A DNA stretch of 64,000 nt from the NCBI GenBank assembly GCA_965223415.1, contig OZ245002.1, forward strand, positions 64,001 to 128,000, given 5' to 3'. The stretch comes from Myxococcota bacterium. GTDB lineage: Bacteria; Myxococcota_A; UBA9160; UBA6930. Numbering within the stretch: the stretch's first letter is position 1; every line of letters begins with the position of its first letter. Below the pieces are notes generated by a model. That model made no database searches. It had not been told where the DNA came from and saw only the letters and a list, made by a program, of their open reading frames with translations. The position numbers were made by a program, and so were the translations under genes. Shown here in pieces: positions 28,143 to 36,628 of the stretch.

Positions 28143-29318
28143 TCAGGCCCCGGCGGCTCGGGCCGGCGTGGGCAGCCCCATCATCTCGAGGGCGATGTCG
28201 GCCGTGCGCTCCGCCGCACCGCCGCGCCCGAGGCGCTCGCGAACGCCCGCCAGGGCGGTGAGCTGCGCCTCTCGCGCGGGCCCGGCGATGCGGGCGAGGA
28301 GCGCCTCGGCGATGGCCTCCGGCCGCGCCTCCTCCTGGAGGAACTCCGGCACCACCGTCTCGCCGGCGATCAGGTTCGGCATCGTGAAGGACGGCACCTT
28401 CACGAGCCGGCGCATCAGGAACGCGGTCAGCGGGTGCGCGCGCGCCGCCACCACCACCGGCGTGCCGAGTACCGCGATCTCGACGGTCACGGTACCGGGC
28501 TTGGCCAGGGCGACGTCCGCCGCCCGGATCACCTCGTGGGTGCGGCCCTCGAAGACCCGGAGGTCGACGAGCGAAGGCAGGCCCGCCTCCCGCACACGGG
28601 CGTCGATCGTGTCGCGCGGGATGCTGGGTGCCACACCGACCGCGAAGCCCACCCGCGGGTCCCGGGTGTGCACCGCCTTCACGGCCTCGAGCTGCAACGG
28701 GAGCGTGTCGCGCACCTCGTTGCGCCGGCTCCCGGGGAGCAACGCCACGAGGGGACGATCCGCCGGGAGGTCGAGCTCCGCGCGGCAGGCAGCGCGTCCG
28801 CGGTCCTCCCGGAACGGCTTCAGCCGGTCCACCACCGGATGCCCGACGAAGCTCACGGGCAGCCCGGTTCCGGCGTACACCTCGCGCTCGAAGGGGAAGA
28901 TGACCGCCATCTGATCCACCCGCCTCGCGATCTTGCGGATGCGACCGGTGCGCCAGGCCCAGACCTGCGGGCTCACGTAGTAGAGCACGGGCAGTCCGGC
29001 CTTTTTCGCGCTGCGGGCCAGCGGGATGTTGAAGTCCGGCGCGTCGACCAGCACCACCAGGTCCGGGCCTTCGCGGAGCAGCGCCCGCAGCCTGCGCCAG
29101 GCGCCGAGGATGCGCCCCACGTCGCCCAGCACCTCGACCAGCCCGCCGACCGCGATCTCGTGCTGGTGCACGGCCAGCTCCACGCCGGCCTTCTCCATCG
29201 CGGGCCCGCCGAGGCCGACGAAGCGCGCCCCGGGCAGCCGCTCGCCCAGGGCTTCGACGAGGGCGGCCGCGTGCAGCTCGCCGGAGGCGTCGCCGGCGGA
29301 GAGGAAGACCGTCGTCAA
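28143..29318 (-). CDS. lpxB: Lipid A disaccharide synthase
   Basis: SAGDASGE, VDAPDFN, YVSPQVWAWR, IFPFE, FVGHP, LLPGSR, PEFLQ. Confidence 0.95.
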   Translation of the reverse strand: MTTVFLSAGDASGELHAAALVEALGERLPGARFVGLGGPAMEKAGVELAVHQHEIAVGGLVEVLGDVGRILGAWRRLRALLREGPDLVVLVDAPDFNIPLARSAKKAGLPVLYYVSPQVWAWRTGRIRKIARRVDQMAVIFPFEREVYAGTGLPVSFVGHPVVDRLKPFREDRGRAACRAELDLPADRPLVALLPGSRRNEVRDTLPLQLEAVKAVHTRDPRVGFAVGVAPSIPRDTIDARVREAGLPSLVDLRVFEGRTHEVIRAADVALAKPGTVTVEIAVLGTPVVVAARAHPLTAFLMRRLVKVPSFTMPNLIAGETVVPEFLQEEARPEAIAEALLARIAGPAREAQLTALAGVRERLGRGGAAERTADIALEMMGLPTPARAAGA

Positions 29319-30265
29319 GGCGCCGGTTCCAGGGGAGGGATCGCCTCGATCACCCGCAGCGCCGAGCGCAGGGCCGCCAGGCCCTGGTCCGCAGCGCCGG
29401 CGGCGACCTGCCGCGTGCGGACCGCGTCCCGGAACGCGCGCAGCTGGGCCTCCAGCGCATCGGCCCGGTCGATCGTCACCCGCTGCAGGGAGACCTGGCG
29501 CTTGCCCTCGGCGTCCGGCGCCTCCCGCTCGGCCAGCACCAGCTCGTGCTCGAGGAGATCGATGGAGAGGTAGCCGTCGGCCTGGAAGAAGCGGATCTTG
29601 CGCATCGGCTGGGGCGAGACCCGGCTGGCCGTGACGTTGGCGACGCAGCCGCTCGGGAACGTGAGCCGAGCGTTCGCGATGTCGACCCGTTCGGTGATCA
29701 CCGGGACACCGATCGCCTCGATGCGCGCCGGCTCGGCGCCAACCACGCGCTGGATCAGGTCCAGGTCGTGGATCATCAGGTCGCGCACCACGTCCACGTC
29801 CGTCGCCCGGTCCGGGAAGGGCCCCAGGCGGTGGGACTCGACGAAGAGGGGGCGCCGGATGCGCTCCGCGGCCTTCTGCATGGCCGCGTTGAACCACTCG
29901 AGGTGGCCCACCTGGACGACCCGGCCGCACTCCCGCGCCTGGGCCAGGAGCTTCTCCGCCTCGGCCAGGGTCGCGGCGATAGGCTTCTCGACCAGTACGT
30001 CGAGCCCCCGCTCGAGGGCCTCGGCCACCACGGACGCGTGATGGATCGTCGGAACCGCGACGACCACGGCGTCGAGGCCTCCGGTGACTTCGGAGAGGGC
30101 CGAGGCCGCGGCCACACCGAGCTCCGCCGCCACGCTCTCGCGCCGCTCCGGATCGATCTCGACGACGGCGACCAGCTCGATGCCCTCGCCGGCGAGCGCC
30201 CTCGCCTTCTGGGCGTGGAAGCGCCCCATGTGGCCCGCACCGACGACCGCCAGACGCACGCTCAC
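29315..30265 (-). CDS. gnnA: Gfo/Idh/MocA oxidoreductase, candidate UDP-GlcNAc 3-dehydrogenase (GnnA-like)
   Basis: VVGAGHMGRFH, VEKPIA, QVGHLEWFN, DLMIHDLD, TASRVS; position between lpxA/lpxI and lpxB. Confidence 0.7.
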   Translation of the reverse strand: MSVRLAVVGAGHMGRFHAQKARALAGEGIELVAVVEIDPERRESVAAELGVAAASALSEVTGGLDAVVVAVPTIHHASVVAEALERGLDVLVEKPIAATLAEAEKLLAQARECGRVVQVGHLEWFNAAMQKAAERIRRPLFVESHRLGPFPDRATDVDVVRDLMIHDLDLIQRVVGAEPARIEAIGVPVITERVDIANARLTFPSGCVANVTASRVSPQPMRKIRFFQADGYLSIDLLEHELVLAEREAPDAEGKRQVSLQRVTIDRADALEAQLRAFRDAVRTRQVAAGAADQGLAALRSALRVIEAIPPLEPAP

Positions 30266-31104
30266 GACGGTGTCACCGGCGGAAGCGCTCCGTCCACCAC
30301 GGCCACGACCGCGATGCCGTGCCGATCCGCCTCGGACACGAGCCGCTCCCGGTCGAGGACGACGGTCTTGCCCGCCTCGACGGCGAGGGCGAGGGCGCCT
30401 CCCTCTGCCATCGCGCGGATGGTGGCGGGGCCCACGGCAGGCACGTCGAAGCGCATGTCCTGGCTCGGCTTCGCGACCTTCACGACCGTCGCACCCGCCT
30501 CGCCGAGGGCGCAGCCGCGGCGCACGGCCTCGTCGGTGCCCTCGACGGCTTCCAGGGCCAGCACGGCACGTCCTCGCACCACGACCGTCTGCCCCACATC
30601 GAGACCGCCGATCGCCTTGGCGATGGGCCAGCCGAAGGCGATGTCGGCTCGCTGCTCCTCGGCGGGCGCGACGGCGCCCAGGGTGCCCTCCTCGGCGAAC
30701 AGGCCCGGCGCGAGCTCCGCCTGGCCGAGCAGCGTGAAGCCCTCCTCCTCGAGCAGGTCCGCGAAGGCGCCGAGCAGGGAGTCGTCCTTGCGGTCGGCGA
30801 GGCCCGCCAGCGCGCCGAGGGCCCGGGCGTCCAGCTTCACGAGCTCCGGGTGCTCCCAGAGGAAGGTCTTCGGCACCTTGCCCGCCATCACGCACTGGCG
30901 CGCGCCCGCTTCTCGGAAACGGGCGAGCATCGGCTCCACCTCCCCTACGTGGACCCAGGCGAAGCGCTCCACCTCCTCCGCCAGGGACGCCTCGGTCAGG
31001 CCCCGCAGGCCGACGGCCACCACCCGTCGGCCGCCCGCCCGAGCGGCGCGGGCTACCTCGATCGGAAAGCGACCGAGGCCGGCAATGAGGCCGAGGGCCT
31101 CCAC
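30262..31104 (-). CDS. lpxI: UDP-2,3-diacylglucosamine diphosphatase LpxI
   Basis: LGLIAGLGRFP, DVGQTVVV, EAVEGTD, KPSQDMRFDVPAVG. Confidence 0.93.
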   Translation of the reverse strand: MEALGLIAGLGRFPIEVARAARAGGRRVVAVGLRGLTEASLAEEVERFAWVHVGEVEPMLARFREAGARQCVMAGKVPKTFLWEHPELVKLDARALGALAGLADRKDDSLLGAFADLLEEEGFTLLGQAELAPGLFAEEGTLGAVAPAEEQRADIAFGWPIAKAIGGLDVGQTVVVRGRAVLALEAVEGTDEAVRRGCALGEAGATVVKVAKPSQDMRFDVPAVGPATIRAMAEGGALALAVEAGKTVVLDRERLVSEADRHGIAVVAVVDGALPPVTPS

Positions 31105-31111
31105 CGCGGCG

Positions 31112-31888
31112 CTAACGCGAGACCCCGCGCGCGGAGGTCTCCACGAACGCCACCAGCCGCCCGACCTCGTCGCTGTCGAGACCCTCCTCGCGAACCTGGG
31201 CGAGCGCCACCTCGAGGCGGAGCTTCGAGCCGAACAGCAGGTGGAAGGCGCGCTTGATCTGGCTGCGCACCTCGGACGAGAAGCCCCGACGCTTGAGGCC
31301 GATCAGGTTCACGCCCCGGGTGGTGGCCCGCTCGCCGGCCACGATCGAGAACGGCGGCGCGTCCTTCGTCACGCCCGCCAACGCCGCCACCATCGCCGAT
31401 TCGCCCACCCGCGCGAATTGGTGCACGCCCGACAGCCCGCCGATCACCGCGTGGTCGCCCATCTCCACGTGGCCGGCGATGGCACAGTGGGTCGCGATGA
31501 TGCAGTGGGAGCCGATCTGCGCGTCGTGGCCGATGTGCACGCCGTTCATGATCAGGTTGTCGTCGCCGAGCCGCGTCGAGCCGCCGCCCTTCGCCGTGCC
31601 GACGTGGATGCTGGCGTGCTCCCGGATCACGTTGTCGGCGCCGATCACGAGCTCCGCCGACTCGCCGGAGAAGCTCTTGTCCTGGGGCTCCTCGCCGACG
31701 ACGGCGAAGGAGAAGATGCGCGAGCCCTCACCGATCCGGGTCCGCCCCCAGACGTGGGCGTGGGGCCGCAGCTCGACCCGCGGGCCCAGCTCGACCTCGG
31801 GCCCGACGGTGGCGTAGGCGCCGACGACGGCGTCGTCGGCGAGCTTCGCGCCCGGATCGACGACCGCTGTGGGATGGACCTGGGGCAC
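31112..31888 (-). CDS. lpxA: Acyl-ACP--UDP-N-acetylglucosamine O-acyltransferase
   Basis: Hexapeptide repeats; VHPTA, PQD, HIGHD, AGHV, VHQF, GLKRRGF. Confidence 0.96.
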   Translation of the reverse strand: MPQVHPTAVVDPGAKLADDAVVGAYATVGPEVELGPRVELRPHAHVWGRTRIGEGSRIFSFAVVGEEPQDKSFSGESAELVIGADNVIREHASIHVGTAKGGGSTRLGDDNLIMNGVHIGHDAQIGSHCIIATHCAIAGHVEMGDHAVIGGLSGVHQFARVGESAMVAALAGVTKDAPPFSIVAGERATTRGVNLIGLKRRGFSSEVRSQIKRAFHLLFGSKLRLEVALAQVREEGLDSDEVGRLVAFVETSARGVSR

Positions 31889-31895
31889 GCCGGCG

Positions 31896-32417
31896 TCAGC
31901 TCTGCTTGTTGAAGCGGCCGACGACCATGTCGGTGATGTCGAGGGCCTCGCGGCTGTAGACCAGCCCCGGCGCGTCGCGCTGGAGGATCATCGTGAAGCC
32001 CTGCTCCTTCCCGATCTCCTCGATGATCTCGATCATCTTCGCCTGGAGCGGCTGGAGGATCCGCCCCTGGTCGATCTTGAATTGGCCCTCGAGCTCCTTC
32101 AGGCGGCTCTCGATCTGGTTCGTGAGCTCGGCCATCTCGACCTGCTTGTCGAAGAGGGCCTTCTCCGAGAGCACATACTTCTTGCCGCGGATCTCTTCCT
32201 GCATCGCATTGCGCCGCTCGACCATCGGCTGGAGCTCGGTCTGCGCTTCGCGCTCCTTGCGTGCGAGCTCCTCCCGGGCGGCCTTGCCCTCGTCGGTGGA
32301 GGAAAGGGCCTGCTGCATGTCCACCACGCCGATCTTGAGGCCGTCGTCGGCGCCGGTGGAGGCGAGAGCCAGGGTGGCCAGAGCGGCCACCATCAGCCAC
32401 TGAATGCGTCGCGTCAT
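31896..32417 (-). CDS. skp: Periplasmic chaperone Skp/OmpH
   Basis: Signal peptide; KIGVVDMQ, coiled-coil body, LDITDMV; directly after bamA. Confidence 0.9.
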   Translation of the reverse strand: MTRRIQWLMVAALATLALASTGADDGLKIGVVDMQQALSSTDEGKAAREELARKEREAQTELQPMVERRNAMQEEIRGKKYVLSEKALFDKQVEMAELTNQIESRLKELEGQFKIDQGRILQPLQAKMIEIIEEIGKEQGFTMILQRDAPGLVYSREALDITDMVVGRFNKQS

Positions 32418-32448
32418 CGTGCTTGACTCCTGTTGGGTGCCGGTGGCC

Positions 32449-35400
32449 CTAGAAGGTCGCGCCGCCGACGGAGAACTCGAAGACCTGCCCGTCTTCGACC
32501 TCCAGCTTGTTGATGGGGAAGCCCACGAAGGCCTGGAGCGGCCCGAAGGGCGAGAACCACTGCACGCCGAAGCCGGTGCCGAAGCGCCAGTCGGCGAACT
32601 CGAGAAGAGTCTGGGTCTCGTCGAAGGCGTTGCCCATGTCGAGGAACAGGATCCCCATGAGGCCCAGCGACTCGGAAATCGGGAAGCGGTACTCGACGGT
32701 GGCGGAGAGGAACTTGTTGCCGCCGATCACGTCGGTTTCGTCGAGGTCGTCGAAGTCGTCGATGTCTTCGTCGAAGATGCTGTTGCACTCGCCGTCGCCG
32801 TCGCCCTGCTCCGGGATGAAGGCGTCCTCGAAATCGGCGCACAGCCCGCCGAAGAGTGCGCTGCGGCCGACGGGCGTGAAGAGGTCGCCGGTGCCGAACA
32901 GCCCGATCCGCTTCAGCACGGCCCGGCGCGGACCGACCGACCGGGCCTTGTAGCCGCGCAGCTGGTAGGTGCCGATGCCGCCCAGGAAGTAGCGCTCGGT
33001 CAGCGGAAGGGTGATGTCCTCGTCGATGTTCTGGAGCGGTTGGATCTCGCTCCCCGGAGCCGTCTCGATGTCTCTCGTGTCGAAGCTGAAGTCCGAGAGG
33101 TCGTTGAACGGCACCGCCCAGCCGCCGCGCAGGCCGAGCACCCAGGCCGACTCGTCGCGGAAGGGCACCCAGCCGGGCATCCACTCCGGGTTCTCGAAGA
33201 ACCAGCTTCCCCTTCCCTCGAAGCGGACGTACTGGGCGAAGCCCAGCAGCCCGGCGAGGTCGGCGGAGAGCCCCCAGACGGCGCCCCCGGTGGGCGCGAT
33301 GCGGTCGTTGCGGGTGTCGCGCTGGACCGTGAGCCCCACCAGACTCGTGCTCTCGGTACCACCGAGGAGTTCGCGGAAGATGACGCCGGCGGCGTTGAAG
33401 CCGCCGCGCTCGGAGATGTCCCGCGCCGCATAGCTGTAGCGGACCGAGCCGCGGGTCCGATGGTCTTCGTCGAGCCAGTGGGAGAGGTTGAAGTCGATGC
33501 CGGTCTGCTCCTGCTCGAAGTCCTGGAATTCGAGGTCCGTGCTGAAGATCGACGTGGAGAGCCCGAAGGTGGACCCCATGAAGTAGGGATCGCTGAAGGA
33601 GAGGAAGAAGCGGGTGCTGCGGCCTCCGATGTCCGCCGAGAGCGCCAGGCCGTAGCCCCGACCGAACAGGTTCGCCTGGGAGACGGAGCCCGAGATCACG
33701 AACTTGTCGAGGGACGAGAAGCCCGCGCCGAAGGAGAGGGAACCGGTCGGCCGCTCGATCACCCGCACCTCGAGATCGAGCTGGTCCTCGAAGTCGGTGA
33801 GCTTGGCGTCGAGGGAGATGTCCTCGAAGAAGCCGAGGCCGCGGATGCGGCGGTTCGCCATGCGCATCTGGCGTGCCGAGTAGAGCTCGCCCTCGACGGT
33901 GGGCACCTCCCGGCGGATCACCGGGTCGACGGTGTTCGTGTTGCCGGCGATGTCGATCTCGCGGATGAAGTAGAGCGGGCCCTTCGCCACCTCGAAGGTC
34001 ACCTCGACCTTCTGGTTCTCCTCGTCCACGCGGGTGAGGGGCGCCACCTCGGCCTGGTAGAAGCCGCGATCCGTGTAGAACTCCTCGAGCTCCTTCACGT
34101 CCGCGTTGAGTGAGGAGCGGCTGAAGGGCTCTTCGGTCTTGAGGCTGAGGCGCTCGCGCAGCTCTTCCACGTCGACCGAGTCGTCGCCGGCCACGTCGAC
34201 GAGGCCGGTCTCGAACCGGAGGCCCTCCTGGATCTCCACGCTCACTTCGAGACCTTCCTCCACCGGCGTCACCTGCGGATCGCCGACCTCCACCTGGATG
34301 AAGCCCGCGTCCAGGTACTTCGACTGGAGGGTCTGGAGATCCTGCAGGAAGACGGGCTCGGAGTATGTGCCGGAGCGGTCGAGGTACTTCGTGACGTAGG
34401 AGTACCACTGCCAGCTCCGCGTCTTGAGGCCGCGGCTCAGCTCCTCGTCGGTGAAGTGATCGTTGCCCTCGAAGGCGATCTTCATGAGCGTGAGCTTGTC
34501 GTTCTCCTCCACCTCGAAATGCACGGAGACGGCGTCGGGGCCTGTCTCCTCGATCTCGTAGCGGACCTTGGCCAGGTAGTAGCCTTCGGCGCGGTAGAGG
34601 GCCTCGATGCGCTCTCGATTCTCGAAGAGCAGCGGGAGGTCGAGGGTGGAGCCCGTGGTCAGGGTGAGGTTGTCGCGGATCTTCTCGCCGTCCACGTTCT
34701 CGTTGCCGGCGATCGACACCTGACGGATGACCGGGTTCTCCTCCACCTGGAAGGTGACGATGCGGCCGTCGATGCCGTCGTCGGCGAGCACCCGCACGTC
34801 GCGAAAGAAGCCCAGGCCGTAGATCTCCCGCACGTCGTCGGCGACACGTCGCGGATCGTAGGGATCGCCGGCCTTGCTGGTGACCCGCGCGCGGATCGCG
34901 CCCTCCTCGATCCGGCGGTTGCCCTCGATGCGAACCTCGCCGATGGGATCGCGGGCCACCTGCGTCTCGCCGAGGGGAAGGATCCGCTCGGTAGGGACGA
35001 GCCGGTAGACCACCCGCACGCCCTCCCGCCCGCGCTCGGTCTGGACGGTGACGGAGGCGATGCCCGGGATGCCGCGCAGGGTCTCCAGGTCGTCGCGGAC
35101 GGCCGCGCTGTCGTAGGCGGCGCCCGGCTGCATGCGCAACCGCTGCTGCGTGTCCTCCGGCAGGTCCGGGACGCCGGTGACCTCCACTGCGAGGACCCGC
35201 GCCCGGGAGGTCCCCTCGCCCACGATCGCCAGCACCCGGCTGGCCAGCTCGTTGATGCGGTCGAGGAGAGCGTCGTCGTCCGCAGCGGTGAAGACCATCG
35301 TCGAGGTGGCGACGCGGCTCTCCACCGGCGTCACCCGCACGTCGAGGCTGTACTGGCCGGCGAGCTCGGTGAGACTTCCAACCACCACGAAATCGGCCCC

Positions 35401-35700
35401 GAGCTCCCCGGCCAGGCGCCGCACCAGGGTCTCGGTGCGCTCACCCGGGTAGGCGACCAGGGTCTCGCGGACGGTCAGGGCTTCGACCACCTCGACCTTC
35501 TCGCTGGCCTCGAGCCGGGTGGCGAGGAGATCCGCCAGCGAGTCCTCCAGGTAGTCCAACGGCTCGGCGCTGTGGACCTCGAAGGGCAGCACCGCCACCA
35601 CCACGCGCACCGCGTTCTGGGCGAGGGCCCCGGCGGGAAGCAGCAGCGCGAGGAGCAGCGCCAGAGCGGGGCCGAGCGCGAGGGATCGCTGGAAACGCAA
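32449..35700 (-). CDS. bamA: Outer membrane protein assembly factor BamA with N-terminal extension
   Basis: TTG at 35700 after SD GGAG; signal peptide; POTRA repeats (IEGNRRIE, IAGNENV, FEGNDHF, IAGNTNT); TGSLSFGAG, NLFGRG, LRGY, WFSPFGPL, terminal Phe. Confidence 0.93.
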   Translation of the reverse strand: MRFQRSLALGPALALLLALLLPAGALAQNAVRVVVAVLPFEVHSAEPLDYLEDSLADLLATRLEASEKVEVVEALTVRETLVAYPGERTETLVRRLAGELGADFVVVGSLTELAGQYSLDVRVTPVESRVATSTMVFTAADDDALLDRINELASRVLAIVGEGTSRARVLAVEVTGVPDLPEDTQQRLRMQPGAAYDSAAVRDDLETLRGIPGIASVTVQTERGREGVRVVYRLVPTERILPLGETQVARDPIGEVRIEGNRRIEEGAIRARVTSKAGDPYDPRRVADDVREIYGLGFFRDVRVLADDGIDGRIVTFQVEENPVIRQVSIAGNENVDGEKIRDNLTLTTGSTLDLPLLFENRERIEALYRAEGYYLAKVRYEIEETGPDAVSVHFEVEENDKLTLMKIAFEGNDHFTDEELSRGLKTRSWQWYSYVTKYLDRSGTYSEPVFLQDLQTLQSKYLDAGFIQVEVGDPQVTPVEEGLEVSVEIQEGLRFETGLVDVAGDDSVDVEELRERLSLKTEEPFSRSSLNADVKELEEFYTDRGFYQAEVAPLTRVDEENQKVEVTFEVAKGPLYFIREIDIAGNTNTVDPVIRREVPTVEGELYSARQMRMANRRIRGLGFFEDISLDAKLTDFEDQLDLEVRVIERPTGSLSFGAGFSSLDKFVISGSVSQANLFGRGYGLALSADIGGRSTRFFLSFSDPYFMGSTFGLSTSIFSTDLEFQDFEQEQTGIDFNLSHWLDEDHRTRGSVRYSYAARDISERGGFNAAGVIFRELLGGTESTSLVGLTVQRDTRNDRIAPTGGAVWGLSADLAGLLGFAQYVRFEGRGSWFFENPEWMPGWVPFRDESAWVLGLRGGWAVPFNDLSDFSFDTRDIETAPGSEIQPLQNIDEDITLPLTERYFLGGIGTYQLRGYKARSVGPRRAVLKRIGLFGTGDLFTPVGRSALFGGLCADFEDAFIPEQGDGDGECNSIFDEDIDDFDDLDETDVIGGNKFLSATVEYRFPISESLGLMGILFLDMGNAFDETQTLLEFADWRFGTGFGVQWFSPFGPLQAFVGFPINKLEVEDGQVFEFSVGGATF

Positions 35701-35844
35701 CGTGAGGTTCTCCACCTGGTGGATGCGTGCGTGAGGCCTGGGGGAGAGCCGTCGCAGGGGATCGGAGGCCAGCGCCACGGCGTCGGTTCCCCCTCCGGTC
35801 GGGCGCCCCCCCATGCCGCGGCGAGGCTGCCCCGGCGGCGCGAC

Positions 35845-35873
35845 AGTCTACTCGCAGCGGAACGACGAAGCAA
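35845..35873 (-). promoter_or_regulatory. Sigma-70-type promoter candidate for the bamA-skp-lpx genes
   Basis: TTGCTT(35873-35868)-17 bp-TAGACT(35850-35845). Confidence 0.55.
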
Positions 35874-35917
35874 CCCGGCGGAGAGGACCTTTCCCCTTCA
35901 AAATCCGGGAGTTACGT

Positions 35918-36628
35918 TCAATTCCGCGGTTCGGCGGGAATCCCGATGGCGGGCTCGAGGCGCCCCCCATCCAGGGTGACGCCCCGGCCCAGGCGGGCGG
36001 CCAGGGCCTCGTTGTGGGTGACGACCACCAGGGCCGTGCCCCGGCGCTCGTTCAGGTCGAGGAGCAGGTCGGCCACCCGGTCACCGGTGGCCGGGTCGAG
36101 GTTGCCGGTGGGCTCGTCCGCCAGCACGAGCGGCGGATCGAGCACGAGCGCCCGCGCCACCGCCACCCGTTGCCGCTCGCCGCCGGAGAGCTTGCCCACC
36201 GGGTGGCGGGCGCGGTGGGTCATCTCCACTTCGGCCAGGATCGCGGCCGCACGCTCGCTCATCTCCCCCATGCCGGTCCCGCGCAGGAGTCCGGGCATCA
36301 TCACGTTCTCCTGGGCCGTGAACTCGGGCAGCAGGTGATGGAACTGGAAGACGAAGCCCAGGGACGCATTGCGGAACTCGGCCAGGCTCTCCGGATCCTT
36401 GGCGAAGACGTCCTCGCCGCGGAAGAGCACGTGGCCGGAGGTCGGATGGTCGAGGGTGCCCAGGATGTGCAGGAGCGTCGACTTCCCGATGCCCGACTGG
36501 CCCAAGATCGCCAGCCGCTCACCGGCGGCGACCGAGAGCTCGAGATCCCGCAGCACGGAGATCTCGCCCTCTCCCGTGTGGAAGCTCTTGGAGACGGCGC
36601 GAGCCTCGAGAAGGAGCGCCTCCATCAC
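35918..36628 (-). CDS. lolD: Lipoprotein-releasing ABC transporter ATP-binding protein
   Basis: GQSGIGKSTLLH, GFVFQFHHLL, LSGGERQR, ADEPTGNLD, VTHN. Confidence 0.93.
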   Translation of the reverse strand: MMEALLLEARAVSKSFHTGEGEISVLRDLELSVAAGERLAILGQSGIGKSTLLHILGTLDHPTSGHVLFRGEDVFAKDPESLAEFRNASLGFVFQFHHLLPEFTAQENVMMPGLLRGTGMGEMSERAAAILAEVEMTHRARHPVGKLSGGERQRVAVARALVLDPPLVLADEPTGNLDPATGDRVADLLLDLNERRGTALVVVTHNEALAARLGRGVTLDGGRLEPAIGIPAEPRN

